Positions 8,440 through 15,159 of a stretch of DNA of 64,000 nt are shown here, in pieces. The notes beneath the pieces were generated by a model that saw only the letters and a list, made by a program, of their open reading frames with translations, did not search any database and was not told the DNA's origin. A program made the position numbers and the translations under genes. This DNA comes from a virus (taxonomy: Duplodnaviria > Heunggongvirae > Uroviricota > Caudoviricetes): IMG/VR virus record IMGVR_UViG_3300037882_002341, positions 958 through 64,957 of that record; one strand, given 5' to 3'. Position 1 is the stretch's first letter; every line of letters starts with the position of its first letter.

Positions 8440-8709
8440 TTATCTTACTTCCTCTACTCTTACACATTCCCACCAGTCATATGGATAATCCATTGTTGTT
8501 GTTGGATTTATCCATGACACACGCATTGTTCCATCATCCCATTTTACATAATGGAGATCTTTGCATGTAAGGAGCTGTGGACCAGTGTTTCGCTCTGCCA
8601 CATATAGATCACCTGGTTCAATAGAACCTGGTTTCATTCTAAGATTAATTCCTTCTAGATTAAGGACACCTCCATCCAGAAGGACTTTTAATGACTTGTA
8701 CTCTCTCAT
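8440..8709 (-). CDS. hypothetical protein
   Basis: 89 aa; GGAG RBS. Confidence 0.7.
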   Translation of the reverse strand: MREYKSLKVLLDGGVLNLEGINLRMKPGSIEPGDLYVAERNTGPQLLTCKDLHYVKWDDGTMRVSWINPTTTMDYPYDWWECVRVEEVR

Positions 8710-8847
8710 CTAATCTCCCTTTTGCGGCGTATTCTTTACATATACACAACACTCTTCACATCCATTACACTCTAAACATATGTACTTGGAATTCCTAGTC
8801 CCACATACGTTACAAAGATACTCAGATTCCATTCTTAGAAGAAGCAT
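8710..8847 (-). CDS. small Cys-rich zinc-finger-like protein
   Basis: CNVC...CLECNGCEECC, 45 aa. Confidence 0.5.
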   Translation of the reverse strand: MLLLRMESEYLCNVCGTRNSKYICLECNGCEECCVYVKNTPQKGD

Positions 8848-9295
8848 AGTTCTACCTTCGCAATAGTAGTAAGAGCGTTAGATGTCTCTCTCTTGTAATA
8901 GCGCGCTAGAAATAGAAAAGTTGCTGTGTAGGTTCAATCCCACTTCAGCCTCAGTACTATTTATTTCCAGGCTCAATCCAGCCTATGTCCTTCATGAGCT
9001 CGAGCTACGCTCGAGCCTATCTCCAGGCTAAGTCTAGCTTATCCCTCTTGTAATCCCCGAGCCTAGGTTTTAAGAGCAAAGATGGGCATGGTATCCTCTC
9101 GGACAGGTTGCCTCTTGGATATCCACAGTTTGAGAGCTCTTGGTAGCTCTCTTCTCTGGATCTTTGCTCTTTTATATAAAACAGGGGTCGCAAAAGCTTT
9201 TGTTCTTTTGAGCCTAAGTCTTAAGAGTTCTTCTTGAAGAGTTCTTAAAAATTAGCCTCGAAAATGCCCTCTGGGAGGGGGTAAAGTACAACTTC

Positions 9296-9511
9296 TTACC
9301 AGTTCTCTCTTAAGAACTCCATGCAAGCTTCTATTCTCCAGTCCTGGAAGAAGGGATCGAGATCACTTGCCCGGATACGTTCTGCTAGATCTGGTCTTAC
9401 GGAACATAGTTCATTAAATAAGAACTGTCCCTTGCGCCATGACCCTGGACGGGTTATGAAAGATAAAGTTACCCTACCCGCAAATTGCTCATAGTTCTCT
9501 TTATCTGGCAT
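9296..9511 (-). CDS. phage protein (WRxGQ..FN...RPDLA..IR....DPF motif)
   Basis: 71 aa; motif typical of a widespread small phage protein. Confidence 0.75.
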   Translation of the reverse strand: MPDKENYEQFAGRVTLSFITRPGSWRKGQFLFNELCSVRPDLAERIRASDLDPFFQDWRIEACMEFLRENW

Positions 9512-9899
9512 CTTTATTTCCTACGTTAAGAATAGCCTGTGCTATTTCCTTAATGTCTTCTACGCTGACTAATGAAAGACTTGATCCATAACTAAGATAT
9601 CTCTCTATGCTCGGATCCCAAAATTCCGGGTCTACCTGGAAAAGAGGGACACCATTAAGCATCCAAGCTCCCGAAAGGGATAGATCTGAATCAAGACAGT
9701 CAATCCTGGATCGCTCTGCCTCCGGCAGAGCGCAGACCATAGGTCAAAAGAGCTTCTCTCCGTTTGCTTTTGTACAAGTAATTTGACCAGTAAGTAATAC
9801 TGGCTTACCAGCATTGATCCATTCTATTAGTCTCAAAAGACCATCCGTAGGGATCTGATCCAGACCATTATGGATAGTCTTTCTTATGATATCCAGCAT
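9501..9899 (-). CDS. putative selenoprotein, paralog F (132 aa; Sec at codon 52, TGA at 9744-9746)
   Basis: MLDIIRKTIHNGLDQIPTDGLLRLIEWINAGKPVLLTGQITCTKANGEKLF-TGA-PMVCALPEAE...; AAGGA RBS before the upstream ATG. Confidence 0.8.
9712..9732 (-). promoter_or_regulatory. putative bacterial SECIS (paralog F)
   Basis: CGCTCTGCC-GGA-GGCAGAGCG, 9 bp stem after an 11-nt spacer from UGA, loop at +21. Confidence 0.78.
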
Positions 9900-9910
9900 C
9901 TTTATTCCTT

Positions 9911-10051
9911 TCAAGTGGACCTAAATCCAGGACATCTTCTTTCTTTATTAGGACTAGTATGTCCGTGCCATAGGCACATCTTGCATACTTCTTCGCCGCA
10001 AATAACACAACATGCTATTATCACCCTCTCATTGCATAGAGTGCAAACCAT
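9911..10051 (-). CDS. small Cys-rich zinc-finger-like protein
   Basis: MVCTLC...CCVICGEEVCKMC..H.H, 46 aa. Confidence 0.5.
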   Translation of the reverse strand: MVCTLCNERVIIACCVICGEEVCKMCLWHGHTSPNKERRCPGFRST

Positions 10052-10347
10052 CCAAATAGCTTGCCCAAGCTCTTTACGATGCTTCAGTAGGGGATACTAT
10101 CAACTCTCATGGTAATCTCACTGCGCCCCTTCGGGGCGCCCTTTTAAAGCGGTAAGCCAGAGGGTACTTGTACTTTCCATGTCGCAGTTCCCAGTCTGAC
10201 ATGGCACTCTGGCTCACCTCGGTGGCTGGTCACCTTTATTTACTACCAAAACAACCATTCATCAAACTATTTCAATTTGGTATTCTAAAGGTTTAGTTCT
10301 ACCGGTTCATGGGACTATCTCCTTTGGTTAAAGGACATCAGGTTAAT

Positions 10348-10480
10348 TGGTGGCGGGGAGTCCAGATCTTTCCATCAAGTTGCCATCTTGATACATTATT
10401 GCGGTAGCGATTCCGCGTTTTGTGTATCTGAACCCTCATCGACGGTCTTACTACCTTTAGTGACCTCCGAGTTCCCCGCC
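10348..10480 (-). ncRNA. unclassified structured RNA ending in ACCA
   Basis: GGCGGGGA...TCCCCGCC closing stem followed by ACCA-3'; several internal hairpins; no T-arm. Confidence 0.55.
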
Positions 10481-10523
10481 TATTCTCTTGTATTGCGCGC
10501 CTTCGGCGCGCTTACTTTATCTT

Positions 10524-10601
10524 TGGTAGGGGCACAGGGATTTGAACCCTGAACCTGTCGGTTATATGCCGACTGCTCTAGCCAGGTTGAGCTATACCCC
10601 G
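10524..10601 (-). tRNA. atypical tRNA, anticodon TAT (Ile-like), A at position 33
   Basis: Full cloverleaf, GTCGG-CATATAA-CCGAC arm, TTCAAAT T-loop, encoded CCA, 1:72 mismatch. Confidence 0.8.
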
Positions 10602-10629
10602 AGAGTCCTATTGCGCCCCTCCGGGGCGC

Positions 10630-10989
10630 TTACTGACCGTAGTAATCGCCGTAATCTTTTTCGAGTTCTTTCTCGATTTCTGCGAGTTCCTTGTTGTACT
10701 TCTTCCGGCACTCCATGCAGACCTCGTAGTATACCGAGGGCTCATCCCGGGGCTTCAGCCCTGTGATATCTCTTGCCGGTACTTCCTTGTTGCACCAGTC
10801 ACAGTGTCCCTTGGTGGGCCAGCCGATCTCGGTCAGCTGTTCGTCTGTGAGTTCTCTTGCAGCATAGTTGCAGCGTTGGCACCCATAGACCCCATCTTCA
10901 CAGTTCCCCTTGTGAAGAGGCTTGTCATTGAGCATGGGGCCTGTGTACTCACCCACGTCAACTGGGGGTCCAAGGCTGAAGTCGTGCAT
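10630..10989 (-). CDS. Cys-rich zinc-binding hypothetical protein
   Basis: CQRC, CDWC, CMEC pairs; GGAG RBS. Confidence 0.75.
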   Translation of the reverse strand: MHDFSLGPPVDVGEYTGPMLNDKPLHKGNCEDGVYGCQRCNYAARELTDEQLTEIGWPTKGHCDWCNKEVPARDITGLKPRDEPSVYYEVCMECRKKYNKELAEIEKELEKDYGDYYGQ

Positions 10990-11039
10990 GGTGTCTCCAA
11001 GAGGTCTATTGTCGAGGGAGATCTATACCCCTATGCGGA

Positions 11040-11600
11040 GTCCAGTCGCCTGGGTAACTGCTTGTCGTAACTGACTTGGGAGCTTATAGATCTCCAAGAG
11101 GTTTGGTGCGGGTTGTTTTTATCCAGGTAACCCGCAAAGCCTGCTCGGGGTCTTTAAGAGCTCGGTGGGGGTCTCCCCGTGTCATCCCCAGGTCAACGCT
11201 CTATTTCACAGGTTAACATATTGACATATGTTAGTTGCCCGCCGGTGTCGCCCGATGACCTGAAATAGGCAGTCTCCAAATCCCCAGTGGTTACGAAACT
11301 GCCAAAGATCCACCGTGAGGTCGCTCTTCAGCTATCCCGGGACGCCGAGCGTACCATAATTCCCAGGGTTATAGCTCATAAATGGCTGTTGGTTCCCCCG
11401 GTGGTCGCCATACACCAGGATCAATACCAGGACGAATACTGTTCACAGGCTGACCTGATTCCAGTATTGATCGCTTTCTCAGCGGGTGGTACCACACCCC
11501 CAAGACTGAACAGATGTCCTCTGTTGGGTCTGTTAACTCCGATGAGGACTCTCTACTGCTCTAAGCCTGGTGGCACCCTTTCGGGCACCACCAGGTACTT
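11040..11600 (-). ncRNA. candidate large structured ncRNA (~550 nt); strand inferred from context
   Basis: No convincing ORF; many helices, e.g. 11107-14/11129-36, 11201-08/11261-68, 11419-27/11464-72, 11566-11595. Confidence 0.5.
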
Positions 11601-11662
11601 TAGTAGTAGTAGGTAATTTAAACTTAGATGTTTGTTTATTACCTATTTATTACTGTCTTGTG

Positions 11663-12712
11663 CTAGAACCCGACCTCCGCCGGGTTGACGACGTTGTCCT
11701 CCGTGTTGGAGGGAGCGAAGTTGCCCGAGGGGGCTTCCATGGGTCCCGGACCCGACGGTCCGAAGCGCTGGTTCCCGCCCGAGTTCTGGCTGTTCCGAGC
11801 CTGGGCCCGGCCCGCGAAGGGGATTCCCTTGATCTCGGAGATCTGCTTCCAGATCGGCGAGGCCTTGATCTCCCGGAGGAGGTGATCGCTCACCACCTTG
11901 CTCCGCTGTCCACGGCTGAAGACCTGCCCGCGGAAGCGACGCGTCTGCTGACGCCGGTTGTTCATGCGGTCCATGACGGGCACTCCCGTCAGGTTGCCGG
12001 CCTCGTCCGTTCCCCAGGTGAAGTAGAGTCCCAGCCCCGGGAGACGCGACGAGGACCACTGGTCCGAGTGCGGGTTGACGATGAGGTTCCCGTCCTTGCC
12101 GATCGGGCAGAAGAGGAACGGCGTGTAGCCGATCTTCGAAGCCGGGAACTCGATGATGTGGGTGATGCGCTCGCGGCCCTTGATGGCCTTGAGCCAGCCC
12201 TTGTTCTTGAACTCCTCCAGCAGTTCGGGGTTCTCGTTGATGCTCTTGATGGCGTCGGCCATCAGGTTGTCGAGCTCGATCGTCGAGGGCACGTCCGAGG
12301 CGAAGTACGTGTCCGAACCGGAGCCCTGCTCTCCGAAGCGGAGGCTCACGGCGCTGCCCGAGGCCTTCATGTTCCCGCGGGGGTTGAGGCCGCAGGCTCG
12401 GCTGACCAGGACCGGAGGCAGGCTGTACTTCCCGTCCTCCTCGAGCTTGATCTCGCGGGAGACCCAGAGTTCGGAGGCGGCCCTGTGCTTGTTCTTCTTC
12501 TCGGGACGTCCGGGACCGAAGACGAACTGGATGTTCGCTCCGTTCACGTTGTTCTGCTGGTCCTTCTCGATCAGCAGGTTGAGTCCGGTGACGTGAGGCG
12601 GGATGGGCTCGGCCCTCACGACCTGGAGGTTCGGCAGGACCTCCTGGAGCCACTTGTCGGCGAGCGAAGCGGCGACGGCCACGGCGACGGTGGCCCTGTT
12701 CTTTCTGGACAT
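11663..12712 (-). CDS. hypothetical protein (349 aa, start MSRKNR)
   Basis: Strong G/C third-position bias; GGAGG RBS; the ORF-track extension runs into tRNA-Leu. Confidence 0.8.
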   Translation of the reverse strand: MSRKNRATVAVAVAASLADKWLQEVLPNLQVVRAEPIPPHVTGLNLLIEKDQQNNVNGANIQFVFGPGRPEKKNKHRAASELWVSREIKLEEDGKYSLPPVLVSRACGLNPRGNMKASGSAVSLRFGEQGSGSDTYFASDVPSTIELDNLMADAIKSINENPELLEEFKNKGWLKAIKGRERITHIIEFPASKIGYTPFLFCPIGKDGNLIVNPHSDQWSSSRLPGLGLYFTWGTDEAGNLTGVPVMDRMNNRRQQTRRFRGQVFSRGQRSKVVSDHLLREIKASPIWKQISEIKGIPFAGRAQARNSQNSGGNQRFGPSGPGPMEAPSGNFAPSNTEDNVVNPAEVGF

Positions 12713-12814
12713 TTCTGTCCTCCTGTTTGTGTACACACGACAGCCCTGTGTACTGGGCGTGATCTCCTCGAAAGAGAAGATGCAGAGTAAGAGAAAGGAA
12801 GAGAAGAGTTCAGC

Positions 12815-12897
12815 TGGGCGAGGAGGGAGTCGAACCCTCACGCTCTTGCGAGCAGGAGATTTTAAATCTCCAGTGTCTGCCATTCCACCACACGCCC
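12815..12897 (-). tRNA. tRNA-Leu(TAA)
   Basis: Cloverleaf with long variable arm, GGAGA-TTTAAAA-TCTCC, GTTCGACTCC. Confidence 0.92.
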
Positions 12898-12913
12898 AGG
12901 CTTGAGACGGGTA

Positions 12914-13495
12914 CTACTGAGCGTAGCTGGGCATCGACGGAGCGATACCCTCGAACGGGGAGGTACGGGTCTCCCTGGTCCGTTCCTGTCTGGGCTCGGG
13001 CTGAGTCTGGGGCTCGGAGTAGTCCATCTCCTGCCCGTTGTACGTGTCCTGCTCGTCGATGTAGCTGAACGGTGTGGACCTCCGGGCGAGTTCCCGGGTG
13101 ACCTCGCTGTCCGACATCCGGCTGACGATCAGGGCCCAGTTGCCCTTCTGGGGGCCTTCGATGGTCTCGATCAGGGCGATGCGCCTGGCCTGGGGGTCCA
13201 CCTTCGAGAGCTGGCGTCCCATGGCCCATTCGGCCTTGCGGTTCTCGGCCTTGTCCCACCCGTACTTCGTGGACTGGCCGTACTGCGAGCCTGCGATGGA
13301 GCTGGCTGCTGACTTCAGGATGTCGCCGAGCATCATGAACGGTGTGGCCAGGGCGTTGCCCAGTTCACCGGTGGCGACTCCTGCGCAGTGAGTGCTGTGT
13401 ACGAGCCTGTTGCCCACTGCGGGCATGGGGACGAGACGTCCGTTGCGCACGACGAGCACGTGGTCCTTGGGGATACGACTTTCCTGGACTCGCAT
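12914..13495 (-). CDS. hypothetical protein (start MRVQES)
   Basis: AGGAGG RBS; GC3-biased frame. Confidence 0.75.
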   Translation of the reverse strand: MRVQESRIPKDHVLVVRNGRLVPMPAVGNRLVHSTHCAGVATGELGNALATPFMMLGDILKSAASSIAGSQYGQSTKYGWDKAENRKAEWAMGRQLSKVDPQARRIALIETIEGPQKGNWALIVSRMSDSEVTRELARRSTPFSYIDEQDTYNGQEMDYSEPQTQPEPRQERTRETRTSPFEGIAPSMPSYAQ

Positions 13496-13560
13496 TGAGC
13501 CCTCCTGAGAAAGAGAAAAAGAAACCACAAGAGAGGAAGAGAGAAGAGAAAGAGGTATTC

Positions 13561-13815
13561 TTATGCTACGTTCCTCCTTCCTCGCCTGAGGCTAGTTGTG
13601 GTCTGTTGTTCCAGGACAAAGCCCGTAGGGCGCATGTCCGGGAATGCCTGATTCAGGACACTCTGCCTGAACTCTGGACTTGAGATCACAACAATTGTTG
13701 CCTTGAGCACTGCATCGGCTACGCTTTCGCGCTTGGCCTTAGCAGAGGCTATGGCAACTATTGTTGCAATACCCGCTCCCAGGAGGAAACACACGAGACC
13801 GATGATGATTGTCAT
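13561..13815 (-). CDS. small membrane-anchored protein (start MTIIIG)
   Basis: N-terminal hydrophobic helix; ATGA overlap with the upstream gene. Confidence 0.65.
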   Translation of the reverse strand: MTIIIGLVCFLLGAGIATIVAIASAKAKRESVADAVLKATIVVISSPEFRQSVLNQAFPDMRPTGFVLEQQTTTSLRRGRRNVA

Positions 13816-13991
13816 GGTTTGAAGATCCCGATGTAGGTGAGATCGTTGTTGTTCTTGTTGAACATGAAGAGCTTGAAGCCACTCTTCTTGTCCTCGATGC
13901 GAACGTCTTCTACGACCTTCTCGGGGGACTCCCTGAGCATGGGCCACCATGTGTAGTCGTCGAAGATTACGTAGAACAGGTACTTATCCAT
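13812..13991 (-). CDS. hypothetical protein (59 aa, MDKYLFYVIF...)
   Basis: Below the ORF-track cutoff; fills the gap with an ATGA overlap. Confidence 0.65.
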   Translation of the reverse strand: MDKYLFYVIFDDYTWWPMLRESPEKVVEDVRIEDKKSGFKLFMFNKNNNDLTYIGIFKP

Positions 13992-14000
13992 GTTTAGCCC

Positions 14001-14333
14001 CTACATGTCGAGCTGATTTCTCAGCCTCTTCTTTTCGAAGTAGAGGATCATGGTTAGCATAAGTCCAAAGACTAACCCCGCAGTGAATCCCGTCAGGGTG
14101 AATCCGAGGCCATATGTCAACCCCCAAGATAGACCAATGTCAATGATCCATGACACTGGGCCCCATGTGATCACTCTCTTCAACCAAGTAGGAGTGAACA
14201 CGTACGCGAAGCCTACTGAGAACAACATGACAATTCCCAGTAATGCCCCGTTGATGATCAGGTGGGCTCCCGACAGGGAGGCCAGGAGTATGACTACTCC
14301 GAAGATTGCGCACAGAATCCAGAACGACTTCAT
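14001..14333 (-). CDS. membrane protein
   Basis: About four hydrophobic segments. Confidence 0.75.
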   Translation of the reverse strand: MKSFWILCAIFGVVILLASLSGAHLIINGALLGIVMLFSVGFAYVFTPTWLKRVITWGPVSWIIDIGLSWGLTYGLGFTLTGFTAGLVFGLMLTMILYFEKKRLRNQLDM

Positions 14334-14335
14334 GT

Positions 14336-14545
14336 CTACCTTCCCTTATATGGCTCGAGGACCCACTTCTTGTGCATGATCCCGAGGTACCTGAAGTCTA
14401 CGTCCACCTGCTCGTAGATCTCGAGGGGATAGGTCGAGTTCCTGTCCACCCTGTTCTGGAAGGCCAGGATAGCATCCTCCACGTTTTCCGCCTCACAGTG
14501 CCAGAAAGTCCCACCCGTGTAGTGGATAGCGAAGTACTTCTTCAT
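14336..14545 (-). CDS. hypothetical protein (start MKKYF)
   Basis: AGGAG RBS after a pyrimidine tract. Confidence 0.7.
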   Translation of the reverse strand: MKKYFAIHYTGGTFWHCEAENVEDAILAFQNRVDRNSTYPLEIYEQVDVDFRYLGIMHKKWVLEPYKGR

Positions 14546-14609
14546 GTTTATCTCCTGTGAGAAGAAGAGAGAAATAGACCAAGAGGTAGAGAAAGGGAAG
14601 AAAAGACTA

Positions 14610-14873
14610 CTACTTGAGCTGCCAGCCCAGTTCCATCCTCCCACAGTAGACGAGATTGTTGTTGTCACCCATGCTCTTCTTCCAGTAGAGGAAGACCATG
14701 TGTCCCTCTGTCAGGTTCTTGTGTTTCAGTTCCTTGGCGATCTTCTTCATTGCGCTTTCCCGGTCCGTGTCCATTACAACGATGTACTGACCTTCGTGTA
14801 GTGCGTAGAAGAAGAACTCTTCCGTGTCCTGTTCTCCCCCTCCCAGTTCCTCGAAAACCTTTGCTATGCTCAT
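14610..14873 (-). CDS. hypothetical protein
   Basis: 87 aa; AAGGAG RBS. Confidence 0.7.
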   Translation of the reverse strand: MSIAKVFEELGGGEQDTEEFFFYALHEGQYIVVMDTDRESAMKKIAKELKHKNLTEGHMVFLYWKKSMGDNNNLVYCGRMELGWQLK

Positions 14874-15100
14874 GTACCTATCTCCTTTCCCCTGCAGGGG
14901 ACACGTGATAAGACCACAACGTAAGAAGGAGAGAGGAAAGCCTACTGTTTACAGAGTGTATTTCTATGGTTTAGGTGGGTTTAAGTATGTGTTTAGCGGG
15001 GATCTATTTGAACGAGTAGGTTTATCGAGGATTAGCTTTGAGCTCGGAAATTCCGGTTGGATGGGATAATCCGGGTCAATTGAGGTTACGTACCTCATTT

Positions 15101-15133
15101 AAAACAAAAGGAGTAGGTGATGTCCCTACTCCT
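15101..15133 (-). terminator. intrinsic terminator
   Basis: AGGAGTAGG-loop-CCTACTCCT + TTTGTTTT downstream of 15160..16887. Confidence 0.75.
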
Positions 15134-15159
15134 AATGTTGTGTACGTCGTGAGGCTCAG

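Noticed and set aside
11520-11560. GTAGAGAGTCC (minus) as an RNase P RNA P4 motif
   Set aside because: Only a partial match to GAGGAAAGTCC, and no matching 3' P4 strand was found.
11570-12790. Long ORFs 11570..12790 (+) and 11643..12653 (-)
   Set aside because: Shadow frames caused by the high GC3 of the real gene 11663..12712; the translations are low-complexity (Arg/Pro/Gly- or Leu/Val-rich) and lack an RBS.
13360-13410. HSTHCAGVA in 12914..13495 resembles the subtilase His motif HGTHxAG
   Set aside because: The protein is too short and has no Asp (DTG) or Ser (GTSMA) motifs; likely coincidence.
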